Source: Intoshia linei
Taxonomy: Eukaryota > Animalia > Orthonectida
Reading direction: 5' to 3'
Length of the DNA stretch: 64,000 nt
Assembly (NCBI GenBank): GCA_001642005.1
Contig: LWCA01000033.1
Location: 1-64,000 of the forward strand
Within the stretch, counting starts at the first letter, position 1, and each line of letters starts with the position of its first letter. Position numbers and translations under genes: made by a program. The notes under the pieces were generated by a model. That model was not told the DNA's origin, searched no databases, and saw only the letters and a list, made by a program, of their open reading frames with translations. Below are positions 15,801 through 29,103 of this stretch, piece by piece.

Positions 15801-16329
15801 TATCTTGTAAAATTAATTGTAATTATTAAAATTAAAATTTTAAAATTTAAAAATTTAAAAATATTAAATATGAAACCTTTTTAGCTCGAATTGTTGCAGC
15901 ATTACGTTCCTTTTTTGTACGTTCCAATTTCGATTCAATTAATGTTAATTTACTTTTAAGTTTCTCATTTTCTAAACCAAGTTTTTTTAAATTTAAACTA
16001 CTTTTATCAATTATAGTTGAAATGAAAGATTCAGAATTATCTGAATCTATTATATCTGATATTGATTTTTCACCCATATTGTCTGGTTCAAATGTTAAAT
16101 GTTTTTGAATTATATCACGTACTCTTGCTGAAGCGGCTAGAGGTGGTTCGTCAGAATTTTCACTTGAAAATAATAAATTTTTATCGTTTAATAATTTTTC
16201 TTCAATATTCTAAAAATTTTTAAAATTCACACATGATGATTGATCAAATTATACCTGAATAACATTTTCAATTTTTTCCGTTGCATTTAATTCAGACACT
16301 GATTCCGATGTATTTTCCTGATTTTCCAT
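883..16329 (-). CDS. CROCC: Rootletin (ciliary rootlet coiled-coil protein), multi-exon, 3' part continues beyond the left edge of the window
   Basis: Approximate exons 16329-16255, 16209-15877, 15434-15171, 10494-10370, 10319-10154, 9961-9642, 9602-9086, ~8865-8594, ~5616-5487, ~4195-4033, ~3979-3856, ~3543-3437, ~2347-2026, ~1976-1807, ~1764-1387, ~999-883; phase was checked for the 5' exons only. Spliced peptides resemble rootletin motifs: IENVIQNIEEKLL..ARVRDIIQKHL; NLETAIETLSDEKKR; NRSLRDELDQ..KIWNEEEV|SFNQYYNAERAKVAEMWKHII; STYQAVQAALNKRQLQLSELKAK. The rest is heptad coiled coil. Confidence 0.88.
2435..3190 (+). mobile_element. Helitron-family dispersed repeat, long internal part
   Basis: Closely similar to 25470-26285 (reverse complement) and to 61000-61850. 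Confidence 0.7.
4825..5041. repeat. Inverted repeat with ~80-bp arms and ~50-bp spacer
   Basis: ccatgtttagttatacag..ctagctcaattctttgggatt..tctcgaa is mirrored by ttcgaga..aatcccaaagaattgagctag..ctgtataactaaacatgg. Confidence 0.9.
5171..5461. mobile_element. hAT-Charlie MITE
   Basis: TIRs CAGTGCTTTCTAACC / GGTTGGAAAGCACTG with 8-bp TSD tcctacat / ccctacat. Confidence 0.85.
11212..11731. mobile_element. hAT-like MITE nested in the end of another repeat
   Basis: TIRs CAGGGTTGCCAAC / GTTGGTAACTCTA with 8-bp TSD ttcccgat / ttcccaat. Confidence 0.65.
13504..14180 (+). mobile_element. hAT-Charlie deletion derivative with transposase C-terminal dimerisation-domain remnant
   Basis: Ends CAGGGATTCTCAAA and GGTTGGGAACCACTG, flanked by 8-bp TSDs gtctaaag/atctaaag. 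Internal peptide IIAFSTTWLVEAGFSGVVDIFSKKRSKL matches the hAT-Charlie FxTTYLCExGFS..KxRxxL motif. Confidence 0.9.
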
Positions 16330-17836
16330 ATCTATTATAATATGAATTTTTATTATAATAACAATTTACAATTTATATATTGGAAATAGTAACATGCGAA
16401 AAGTAGGTCCTTTTAGTAAATCAAGTGTATAATTGATTGAACATGGTGTAATTATTTATTTAAAATAATTTCACATTTCACTCAATTCCATTCAAAGTCA
16501 AATAAAAAAAATTTAAATAGTTTTCTCTTAATTATAAATTGAAATATTGATTTTTTAATTAAATTAAAAATAATAAAATTTTTATATTGTTTAAATTAGG
16601 TTGAAATGATTAATAATAATGTAAACAATTTAAAAAGTTTTAAAATTAAAAAAAATTTTAAATATAAAACACATGTAATAATTTATATTTTTTCATTTTA
16701 AATTTTTGTATCGATATAATTTTAAAATGATGTGATCAATTTTTATCAATAAATGTTAAATTATATGAAATAAATTAAAAATTTTAGAAAAAAAACAATA
16801 CCTTTTAAAAAGAGTGATACAAATATACAAATTTGACAAAACCTTGAAAATAAGATACGTGGTGTTTTGATATGTTGTTACTTGTATTGTGTTGGTTCCA
16901 CTGTATAGTAAGTCTATAATTTAATCGATTTCTTTTACAACAAATATTCTTTTATCTGGATCCATTCCGCGTCCTTCACAACAATGCAAAGTATGTGTAG
17001 GTAACTGATTTGTTTATAAAACCTTGTCGGTGTACTTTTATAAATTTATTAAATATTAAAATTCCATTAAAAATATTTATACATTTTTCGTATTACATTC
17101 GACACAATTTTATTTATTGTTTTGATTAATTACAAATACATTTGTTATGCATCATAAATCTTATTTTTAATTAACTAATTAATCTTTTAATAATTTTTCA
17201 AGTTATTAAAAGTTAATTCACTTTTGTAATGTAAATTTAAATTAAATTTACTTACTTTTATAAAAATTTTTAATAATTCATAGTACATTTAATATTTAAT
17301 TGTATTAATATTTTATTATGTTTTTTCAATTTTTAAATTTTAAAATTTTTTTAATGGTAGTTTATACATTTCAACAAAATTGCATTGTTAAATAGACTGT
17401 ATTAGTTTTGACTTAAAATAAACATTTTAAAAAATTTAATTATAAATTTATATTTACATGTTTTGAATTTGAATTGCTATAATTGTTTATTTTAGTGTTA
17501 ATTTTAGTTTTTAATTAATTGAGTAGTCATTTTTCATGAATAATAAATCTCCTTCATTAAATTGAAATTTTTAGGACATGGTTTCATTTTTTCTGGTTTT
17601 TTATTCAATTATTGGTAAAATATTTTAATTTATCATCACTTATTAACTTGTGAAATTGATTTTTAAACTAAAATATTATTAGTTGAATCAATGTTAATGG
17701 TTTACTAAAGTTAGTTTACTAATAATTGATCAATTTTATCCAGGTGTGAATTTTTGAAATTAACTTGTTGATTTCAAATTTCATTGATTGAGTATCTAGA
17801 ATTTATATTTGTTATAGCTTTTATTATTATAAGAAA

Positions 17837-19215
17837 CTAGGTTGACTGTTATGTAAGTAACTACGTACTAACAGCACCTAACACTGCTGAGGACAAAAAT
17901 TTTTATTGTAGCATAAAAATAAATTCATTAAAGTAAATAAGAATATCTATAACAGGAATGCATAGATTTTTAGGGTTGAAATTTTTTATTTTTATTGTCT
18001 GAAATAAGCTGTATCATAATAATCTTTTTTTTAATTGTAAGCCATTAATTATTTTAAATTATTTAAAATTTTTTGTTTTTATAAAATGCAAATGTAGCTT
18101 CTAAATATAAAAAATGAATACTTAAGTGATTTTTTGATCGTGAAGGCGTCATTTTGGAATTTTTCAGATTTAATTTTTTTGATGGGAACAGGATAGAATT
18201 TTGTCATTTGTAATTTTTGTAATTCTAGGGTTATTTTCATTTAAAAAAACTGTATCTGTGGTTTTGATCGAGACAATGATCTTTTGTGAGGTTGCCGTTC
18301 ATCATAATGTTTATGATTTTAAAAACTATCCCAGAATTTATGTTTTATAAAATTTTAGGACTTAAAAATGTTTCATTTTTAAATTAAAGAGTAATTTGTG
18401 GTTTTGACCATGAATGTATGCCTTTGTGAGGCTGAGATTTACGTCAATGTTAATGATTTTAAAACGCGTCCCAGAGTGTTTTGTTTTATTAAATTTTATT
18501 TTTAAATAAAAAGGTAAATTGAGTTTTTGACCCTGAAAGACTCAAATTCTGAAACTGAAAAATAGATATAAACACGTCTTAGGTAAAACTATTAGAAATT
18601 TGCTTTTTTTTAAATTCTGACTATCAATTTTTTAAATAAACAATAACAGACACACATAAACACACACACTGGCATTCAATTTTATATAAGTAACTAGCTC
18701 GACTGTTATGTACTTCGTAAAAACAGCATCCTAGCTCTGCCGAAGGCGGAAAATTTTATTCTACCAGACAAGTAAATTCAATTACAAATTTTAACCTAAA
18801 AATGCTACTAATCACTATTATAAACTATTTATAGGAATGGTTCCAAAGTTTGGAATCCAAACTTGTTACACGTGGGCCCGTCATATCACATTCCCTGTTA
18901 ATTTAAAGTGGATTATTCCACGTTAAATTTATTTTGTTAACATTTGTGTAAAGAAATTTTAAAAAAAATTTTATCCATTTTTTTAATTTATTAGACATAA
19001 TGTGTGTATAATATTAAAAATAAAGTAAGTTTTTTAAACAAAAGGGGAAATTTGGTTTTGACCCTGAAGGACACAACTTCTGAAACTGAAAAATGGATTA
19101 AAACACGCCCTGGGAAAAACCATATTAGAAATTGGGTTTTTTTAAATCCTGCGACTGTCAGTTTTTTCAATAAATGGTTACACACACAATCATTAATTTT
19201 TATATAAGTAAAGGA
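17837..19215 (-). mobile_element. Two tandem non-autonomous Helitron copies (17837-~18692 and 18694-19215)
   Basis: Each begins on plus with a|CTAG..gactgttatgta..acagc and ends with acacaca..ttttatataagta(aagga|t). Same family as 49822-50227. Confidence 0.75.
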
Positions 19216-19299
19216 TGGATGTTAATTAATTACGAATATTTATGCGATGTTTTCAGTTAAATACTTTTTATGTGTAATCAGAAACTTTAAGAGATATCA

Positions 19300-19970
19300 G
19301 TAGTCCCATTTAAAATTTTCTTTATACATGGACGCATATACATTGCTTAATTGATCGTTTATTGTCTAAAAATTCAAAATAACCGTTGGAAATCACATTA
19401 GTCATCATAAATTTTCGCAAACATGAGAAATTTTGCAACTTAACGTATTAAATTAAATTAGAATAGTAGACCCCTCATGATTTTATACATGTTATATGGC
19501 CTTTACTCCACTCCACGCTCATATGTGTAATAGTTTAATTTTAGTTTCTTAAATTTTTTCAAATATTGAATGCCGTTAGCCTTGTTTTGGAGCACTTTTC
19601 ATTTTTTTTAATGGAAAAGTGAAATTTTAAATTACAAAAATTTTAATTAACAAAAATTAATTTAAAATGACTTGTGCCGAACCTTCCAAACTAGAAGCCA
19701 CCCGAAAATGAAAATAGACCTTCAAAAAAAATTTGGAAACGATTTGTATTGTCATATATAGGACCGTAAACAGGGATGATAGGAATTTGACCGGGAATAC
19801 AAACATAAGGGGCCTACGTTTTTAATTTATTAATAGGTAATGTTGAAAATTTCTTAATTATCATAAAATTTTGCGATTTCCAACAGTTATTTTTAATTTT
19901 TAGATAAAGTAACAATCGATTAAGCAATATATAAAGGTCCATTTTTTAAAACAAAAATTATAGTGGCCTA
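19300..19970. repeat. Old MITE-like element with degenerate ~190-bp terminal inverted repeats
   Basis: attgcttaattgatcgtt..tctaaaaattcaaaataaccgttggaaatc pairs with gatttccaacagttatttttaatttttaga..aatcgattaagcaat. Confidence 0.65.
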
Positions 19971-20928
19971 CAATTTCCATCTGGTTCTTGGCATATAAAT
20001 CACTTCATTTTTCCAAGTGTCTTAATTTTAGATTTTAAATTTAATGTGCAAAGCAGTTATAATATTAAAAAATGTTATTTTTTAATTGCTCAATTTGGAA
20101 AATTTAGGTACATCTTACGAAAATTTCGTTGAGGCACGAAAAGGACTGGGAATACGGCAGTTCGGCTCTGCTAGTGTCTATTAGCTGTGATGTATTTTGA
20201 ATTTTAGCATGATCATTGATCAGTTTTTGTATTTTGAAAATAATGAGTAATTTATGGTTTTGATCATGAAAATGCAAGTTTTTAAGGTTGATATTTATGA
20301 TAATACTTATGATTTTAAAAACTGTTCCAAAATTTGCGCCTTTAACAAAATCTAAATAGATATTACTCTTTTCTTTTATAAAGAAAGCGACATATGAGAT
20401 TTTGCCCCATAATTTGAAATTCAGGATAAATTAATTTGAAAGACTGTTCTTGTTCTTGTCCAATTGTAAATTAAAATTTAAAGATTTCATATATTTTTCA
20501 CAAATTACAAAAATCTAGTCTTGAAATTGAAGAAGTTTATTAAGTTAAGACTGTATATTAAAAACGTATCGATTCGGTACTACCGACTAATAATAGAAAA
20601 TTGGTGTTTTTAAAATTTCATAGATTTATCGACCTTACCGTATTGAAAAATTTTAATCAGAAATTTGGCAATTTTATTGTTCAATTTATTCATCAATGAT
20701 TCCAATAAATTTTGAAACGATTCGAATTGCTTAAATTGGAATAAATGAATAATGTATATTCGAAATTCCAATATCAATCAATGATTGATTAAATTAGCTA
20801 ATTATGAGCTCTAAGCCTAACAAAGAGATAAAAATACTTGGCAACTAAATTGTGTAGAAATTAATTGAAATTTTTAATTGACATTAAAAATTGATAAATA
20901 TTTTTTCATATAAATAAATATTTTTAAT

Positions 20929-23039
20929 ATGCTACAACCCACAAGTGATTTTAATCTTGAAAATAGAGATGATGGTAAAGAAATTAAGACGGAACGTGAA
21001 AATCTATTTGATAAATTTATGACAAATACCTTAGCAAGTTATGTATCAGAATGTAAATTTGATGTTTGATATTTTTTAAATATAACTTTAGATGGATATA
21101 AACCTTTGGAAGAAATTAAAAAAGAAGCAAATTTTGTCAATATTTATGCTATTGAAGGTTAATTATTATATGTAATCATATTTACCACCTTGCTATCTTT
21201 ACTAGGGTTGGAAATTTACACAACAAATTTTTATCGATTTTCAACATTAATTTTTATTTATTCTTGTTTAACATAAAAAACCAATCTAAATTCTACAGAG
21301 TGCAGCCCGCTCTAGATATTTTTTAACATTACTTACATTTGCGATATAGTTCATGTCCAGTGGGCATTGCCCACAGTATAAGCAGATCATTCAAAAATAT
21401 TAACAATGTTACCCTTTAACCACTATTTTGTATGTTTAGATACGATTAAACTACAAATGTCTTGCGAAAATTTTATTGTATAAAACATATGCTGAACTTT
21501 TATTAAACGTAGGGTTATAAGTTTAACATGGCTTATTTATTGTCGAAATTATTTTTTAAAAACAAACATAAATATTACATGTTAACTAATTTAGCTAAAA
21601 TAAATGAAATTTAATATAATGCGATGAAAGTATAAGTGGCTTATAGTTTTTCGCTTACTGTAATCTCTATTTAAAAATATATTATGAATTTAGTATTCAG
21701 ACAACGACAATATATGAATCAAACCGAATTTATCGAAATGGATAGTGATTGGATTGGTTATTTTTTTAACAGAAAAACCGTCACTGTTTGTAATGAGTTT
21801 ATGAAGCACAATAAAAAAATTTTATCAGAAAATAAGTTTGCTGCCAATAATATCAATTTAAACATGGAAAACGATAAACAATGTATCAAGTGCTCTAAAC
21901 AGTTTGATAATGAGGTTTTTATTTGATTTCTTTATTTTTCAATTTATAATTTTTTATTAACATGTTAAAAATATTGGTATAACCATCTAGTAACTAGATT
22001 CTAGTTTCATTAATTAATCATATCATATTATACAGCTTTATATTTAATTTTTAATATTATAAATTTATTTCCTTAAACTCAAAAAACAAAATAAATATAT
22101 TAAAAAACATCTTAAAAATTACAAAATGTAATTCTATTTTAGAGCGAATATTGGCAACATCGATTAAAAGAAATTGATTACGATAAAACTTGTTTTTGCC
22201 CTTTCTGTATATATATTAGTGAAAGTAAAACTATTTTTATGTGTCACTTGGAATATCATTTTTCAATAGACAATTACAATTGTCCCATATGTGATTTTGT
22301 AGGAAATTCTAAAATGCATTTATCCTGTCATTTTCGTGAACATGGTGGAAATGAAGATTGTAATATTTGTCGGGTAATTTAAAAAATTTAAAATTAATAA
22401 CAATAACAACTTTAAAAAATTTTCCCTTGTAGGGAATCCCTATCATTAATTCTAACAAAATAAATTTAGCAAAACAATGGAATATGTAAACACAATCCAA
22501 AAATATTAATTAAAGATAACGGAAATGTGCAACTAACCCAAGATTACAAAAATGCCAACAACATATTTGAAAATGATACAATAATGGCAAAATTGTTAAT
22601 GCAAGTTTGGAACACTATGAAAAAAATTGTTAAAGATAAATATAAAGAATCAAAATATATATGCGCTTATACATTATCTCGCTTATACTTGGTGGCAACC
22701 TTTTCAGTTTTTGAAAAAAATTCTATTGAATCTAAATTAGAAATAGAAAACGAAAAAAATAAATATTTGGACATTGTAACGCAATTAAAATTACAAGAAA
22801 ACAATCTTGAAGAAACGCACGATTCAAACACTGAAATTGAATTAATAAGAATGAAAAATTATTTTGAAAAAAAATCAACAAGTTGTATTGATTGTAACTA
22901 TAAAAGCTCAAATGTTGTTGAATTTGTTATTCATATCATTGAAAATCATTCTCAAACACAATCTCAATTAATTACCGAAATTGGAGGTTTAAATGTTGAC
23001 ATTACCAATGGATGTGTTGGTTTAAATTTTAATGCATAG
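20929..23039 (+). CDS. C2H2 zinc-finger protein (about 4 fingers, the first degenerate)
   Basis: Exons 20929-21052, 21092-~21158, ~21694-21915, 22143-~22373, 22470-23039 join in phase. Fingers CPFC-x12-HLEYH, CPIC-x12-HFREH and CIDC-x12-HIIENH, plus degenerate CIKC-x12-H. Confidence 0.8.
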
Positions 23040-23247
23040 ATTCTTGAATTTTTAAATTTATAATCTTTTATTTTAATTTGTAACAATCACATTGATTTTA
23101 TAATTTGTTATTTTAAATTAAATTTTATTTTATTCAATTTTTCGATTCTATGACATTATTAGATTTTGAAATTGCGATATTTAAAAAATAATATTTAATT
23201 GATAACAACAAATTTTTAATTCGAGTTGAATTAAATTGCTTAAATAA

Positions 23248-26200
23248 ATGACTGATGTTGTGGAAATTTTTAATGTTTCAAAAAATGATTTGAAAGGAAT
23301 AGTAATTTTTTATATATTTTTTTCATTTTAAAATTTTTATTTTTTTGTATTTTAGCATAATGGTCAATTAAGTTTTGATAACAATTGTATTGTTTTTAAT
23401 GACGGTAAAACTGGAAAAAAAGAAAATTTATCCGTTCAGAAAATTGATTGTGTTTATTGGATGCGTCGTTTAATTAATTTTGGAATTAAAATTACTACTT
23501 TGGATAAAATCACAGTTAAATATGACGGCTTTATTGATAAGGTTTTTTCTTTCATTGATTCTAAAAAAATTTTTTACTGGCTAGTCCAGGTCAATAATGA
23601 AAGTTTAGGCGTCTGTGATCAGCTATGAGTTCCAATTTTTGACCGCAGCTCTCTAATACTTTGTATATACTAATTTTTTAATTAGGATTTTGACATGTTG
23701 TCAAGTATGTTGGATAAAAAGTATAATCTTAAATTGAAAAAAAAGGATACTTCAATAAAAGGTTGGAATTGTGGAAAATTTGAACTGAATGGTATTTTAT
23801 TTTTTGTAAGTCTAAATATTATTATTTTTAGACGACAGTGCAGAATTTTATGTTGACAATAAACACGCCTTGGATATACCATTAGAATTTGTTTCTCATG
23901 TGAATAAAATGAAAAATGAATTAACCTTGGAATTTCATAAAAATACTGACTTGGGCGCATGTTTATCGGAAATTAGGTTTTGTTTATCAAAAAACGATGA
24001 CGATGAGAATGACCGATTGGAGGTATAAAATAATTTAATATTATCTTATTATATAATTAGCAAGTCTATGATAAAATAAACAATACACTACATATTGATA
24101 AGTCGACTAGTCAATTGCTTTTGGAGATTCCAGATGTACAAGTTTCTACCCCTCGGTATATTGTTATTTTTGGTATATAATCGTTTTTAGTGGTCGATAT
24201 GACATGAAAATTCATTTGGATTTCATGCATTTTCACGGAAAATCAATAAATTATAAATTATCCTTTTCAAACATAACGCGCATGTTTCTTTTACCTCACA
24301 ATAACGAAAAACGCAAATATTTCGTTATTGGCGTCAATTCACCCGTTAAACTTGGTCAAATGCGGTATTACTATGTTGTGTTAGTTTTTATGATGGAAGA
24401 AGAAGAATCTATTACGTTAGATCTTTCAGAGTTTATTTTTCGTTTTTTTTATATTTACTTAATTTTAGAGACGCTCTCAGTTCGCAGTTTAATGATAGCT
24501 TGACAAAGGTAATGGAAGGGTACATGTTTGACATTATTGGTAGAATAATGATGGCTCTAGTTCAGAAAAAGATTACTGTTCCAGGGTCGTTTAATTCGTA
24601 AATTGTTATTTTTTAATTTTTATTTTCCATTTTTAGAAGCGTCAACTCAAAGTTTATCAATTGTTCATATAAGGCTACTGTGGGATTATTTTATCCTCTT
24701 GAAAGAGCTTTTATTTTTATTACTAAACAAGTCATTTTTGTTCGATATGAGGAAATTTCAATTATCAAGTTTGTGAGAGCTAGTACAGACACGCTTACTA
24801 AATATTTTGATCTTAATATTATCACTAAAGCTGGTGTTAGTTATTCTTTTGGAGGTATAAACAAGTAACTTTTTGTTCATTTTTTAAAGAAAAGTATATC
24901 ATTGTGTACCTTACATTCCAGCCCATTCATTGTATTCAAAAATTTACCAATACTGCTTACAAAACAAGACTAAATTTCTACTTTGACCATCGTTTTTATG
25001 AATACAAATAAAATTAAAATTTATAAAATGTATTTACTGCATTAACTGTGAAAAAAATGTACTAAAAATTACTTGAATCGTACAGTTATGACTGTACAAG
25101 TTGGATGTATTGTTAATTATCTTGTGTTTTATGTTTTGTACGGCGTAGAAACAATAATTAGGTCTAACCAGGTGACGATTCTTAGATTATATTTTCAATT
25201 CAAAAATTTAAAAAATATTGTTGATGTAATGGTAGCATGCTTTTTTTAACGGGCAGATGCACACTAATGTGGTTTAATATTTTTTTTATTGTAATATAAC
25301 GTTAAATCTTATGTATCAGTGATTCTCAAAAAATGATCCGCAAGCCATTTATGTTCTTTTTAAAATTTGTGTGACCGATATGCTTTCAAATTATTTTGTA
25401 TTGATAAAATGTGATCCTTTAATTTAAGTCTTTAAATTTACGCAAAATGTTTTGAAAATATGAATTTGAGATTAAAAAATTGCGAAGGAATGAATTATAT
25501 ACATTTTCACCCATATGGAAAAACATTTAAATGAAATGTGTATACGTTCAATGCACATTTTTTCTAAATTGTTGGATCAATATTGACATTTTCAATATGT
25601 ATTTGGCCATTAATCCATATCGAAATATTTGAAAAATATTGGTTGATAATATATTAAAAATTATTTTTCACCCGGGAATGCGTAATTTCTGGGGTTTAAA
25701 TTTTGTATTTATATTAACTAGAATAAGCTCTATCAGAATAATTTTTTTTTAAATTTTCGGACCGTTAATTATTTCACATTTTTTGTTTTAAATTAAAACG
25801 ATTTAATTTAATTATTAAAATTTAATAAAATATTTCTGAAAAAAAATATATGAATACTAAAATGCTTTTTTTACCGTGAAGACGTAACTTATTCAAATTG
25901 AAATAACTTGTGTGTGTTAGCAGGACACAACTGTACCATCTGTAATTTTTTTTAAATTCTAGGGCTGTTTCATTAAAAAAAAAGGTAATTTGTGGTTTTG
26001 GCCCTGAAGATATATTTTTTTAAATTTAAATTTATGATTTTAAAATCCGTATCAGAGTATATATTTTTTTTAATTTTCCAACTCGTTTGATTTTCAAAAA
26101 ATAGGACAATTCGGGTTTTTGACCCGTAGGATGTGAGTTTGGGAGGTTGAAATTTATTTTGTTTACACCCTCGGAAAAAACTTTAATTGAAATGTGACTT

Positions 26201-29103
26201 TATAAAATTCTAAGACTGGTAGTTATTGAAATAAACGGTAACACACACAAACAAATATTGCATAGCATATTATATATGTAAGGATGTAAAAACAAGTTTG
26301 AAATAATTTAAACTTGACTAACAAACTAAACTAATGATAACTGTTTATCTCTAGATATGATAAATCACCATTAGAAGAATTTTGGGAAGGTAAACATATC
26401 AAAGTCGTCTTGGAACAGGTTTGAATTTTTAAGATTTCAAAACATATTATATTTAATTTGTTAGGATAAATTTAAAATAAAACCAACATATGCTGAAAGT
26501 AGTGAAGATGAGAGTATAAATATGAATACCGCAGAATTTGGAGATGAAACTTCTGGTATTTTTTTCAGAATAATTTAAACTTGCAGTTATTTTACTGAAA
26601 TTTACAGTAACTATCTCATTTATTTTGGGTTATAACGTTGGTTGAAATCATCATAATTATGATAAGCGTGAAAATTATAGATAAACCCGAAACATGAATT
26701 TCGTAAAACGTTAATAAATGAGCTATAACTGAATATAAAAAACCTACTGTACAAATAATATGATAAAATCTCAGAGGAACCAGAGACATAGCAACCAACC
26801 CAAAAATGATAATGATAAATCGAAGAAAATTATGGTCTATATTTGTCTTACTATTTTTGTATTAATTTTAATTATTGCATGGGGAGGGTAAATATTAACC
26901 AATTTAAAAATGATAGAAGGCATCGACGTATAAAAATGGCTTATTTAATTACACTACACAGTAGACAAAAATGACCTTTTTGGTTTACTTATGTGGTCTA
27001 ACCATTTAAGTATAAAGTGTGACGTCTTCTGAGCAGAACGACATTATTCACGATATTTGGTTGGATCGTTAACGTGTAGTAATTAACCAATTAACATTTT
27101 CATTATCTATAGAAACAATAAACACAATTATTTAAATCGGCTATTTTTGTGCTTAAAAGGTTGTGTCTATCTACAGGTATATTTATGTCTTTTTAAAAAA
27201 AATTAAAAATTAATTAATAAAAAATTGTTATTAAACTTTGAATACTGAGTGTGATAAGAAGAAATTTTATTTTAAAATTAATTAATTAAATAATTTTTTT
27301 TTTAATTATTAAACAAATATTATATTTTTAGCTTACTTATTCTAATGATCACATACATGTAAAACTAGAGTTAAATACAGATATTTTCATGTATAGTTTA
27401 TTATTAAGTTAAATCGATTCATTACATTACTCATTTATATATTATTTATTTATATAGTAATATTAATTTAAAGAATACAAATTAATTAAATTTTTTATTT
27501 ATTTTTTATATAACAAATATATTCAGAAATAATATTTAAAGGACGTAATTTGTTATAGCGGCTTTATATACATGAAGCTGCTGGTGAAATCTTTCTCCAT
27601 GTCCATCCGACCAGGAACCATAATTTAAAGGGAATAAATCAATATGAGATTGTAAAAAATGCATTTTAGGACTGTAGCGCTCATCTTTTGTTAATATTCC
27701 ATAAATCCATCAATTAAATTGGAATATTATTTATTCAAAAAATATTCAATTAGAACTATAGTTTTATTTTTAATTTTTAATTGCCTAATTAAGCAACTTT
27801 GACTGTCAATTGGGATAATGAGATACGTCATTCTGCTCCAAATGTAATATACTAGCTTTTCTAATGGTCATATTTTATAAGTAAAAGTGTGTGTTGTCTA
27901 GTGTTATTTAACAAAAAAATTAAATTAAAAACTTTCTGTTTTCTAAATAAATGACTACACACTGTGTAGTCACAATAGTAAGTCACTTTAAGTCACACAC
28001 TGTGATACTTAATGTGTAGTACACACTACATATGTTTTGCAACTTTTATGTTATATACAATGTATATTATACATGTATCTTATTGTTAGATTAGGGGACT
28101 TTTTGTATTAAAATATTTTAATGGTTAAATTAATGAATGATATTTTATTTTCTGTTTGATTTATTTCATTTTAATTCTCCTTAGATTCGTCTTTCGAATA
28201 CCATTCGGATAGTAGCGATATACGAGAAGAGTAAGTGTTTATTATAATTGTATTATGAAATTTAAGATATGAGAGTGAAGTCTATAATACGAGTGATGGA
28301 TCTAATGTTGTCTATTCTGACGCTTCTGTTAGATCAGATGTAATTTTGTATTTTATTTATGTTAATGTAATATTATTAGGATAAATCGGATAAAGAAATA
28401 GATGGAGAAGCGTCTCCAGAAATACAACCTAAGAAAAAACGAAAATTAGTAAACTGTTATTATATAACCATTGTGCTTTCTATTACGTGTATTATATTTT
28501 GGTTATTTTGTGAAAATAGTTGATGATAACTTCAAATTTGGCCTGACCTAATAATTTTGTACAACATTTAGTAGTGGGGGCATATAATTATATATAAATG
28601 AATTTCGAAACTAAATTGTTTTTATAGATTGAATCACAAGAAAAACCAAAAAAATTAAAGAAAACAAAAAAACCTGTAGATAAAGATAGACCTAAACGAC
28701 CTTGTACATCATATATATATTTTGTGAATGATAAACGCCAAGAAATAAAAAATAAATATGAAAATATTTCGGTAATTGACGTTTCTAGAAAGGCTGGTGA
28801 AATGTGGAAACAATGTACTAATTCAGATAAAGAAGTAATTTTCATTCAATTTTAAATTTTATAAAAATTAGAAATATGTTGAGATGGCAGCAAAGGATAA
28901 GGCTAGGTATATTGCAGATATGAAAATATATAACGATAAAATGAAGGATAATCCTGCAAAAAACGATAAACAAGATTCATTTAAAACGTAATTAAAAATG
29001 TTTAATTTCATAAAAATTTAACTTTAGAAAAAGTCCTAAAAAGGCAATTCAAAGCCAAGAAAATATTTCTGATGATATTTCATTATCTTCTATTGATGAC
29101 TAA
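23248..29103 (+). CDS. SSRP1: FACT complex subunit SSRP1/Pob3
   Basis: Multi-exon gene. N-terminal PH region with DTSIKGWNCGKF (canonical GWNWG), ELTLEFH, TP(R/S)GRYDMKIH..HGKSINYK, PVKLGQMRYYYVVL, KITVPGSF, CSYKATVGLFYPLERAFIFI, an acidic linker on small exons, and an HMG box DKDRPKRPCTSYIYFVNDKRQEIK..KAGEMWK..KYVEMAAKDKARY. Stop TAA at 29101-29103. Confidence 0.95.
25470..26285 (-). mobile_element. Helitron-family repeat in an SSRP1 intron, with 5' terminus
   Basis: Ends on plus with acacacacaaacaaatattgcatagcatattatatatgtaagga|t (A|TC on minus). Body is an inverted copy of 2435-3190. Confidence 0.75.
27570..27700 (-). mobile_element. DDE transposase remnant (KxHFLxSHxDxFP..G..SDxHGERFHQ type) in an SSRP1 intron
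   Basis: Minus-strand translation SPKMHFLQSHIDLFPLNYGSWSDGHGERFHQQL, a motif I recognise from invertebrate transposon-derived ORFs. Superfamily not certain. Confidence 0.7.

Noticed and set aside
16802-17035. Open ~78-codon frame on the minus strand upstream of rootletin, bounded by AG and GT
   Set aside because: Its frame does not join the rootletin ATG and it resembles nothing I recognise. It may be a 5' UTR exon.
18991-19207. Overlapping ORFs on both strands (also 3010-3192, 11482-11878, 41928-42119, 60877-61107)
   Set aside because: They lie in non-coding transposon-derived repeats and are chance ORFs.
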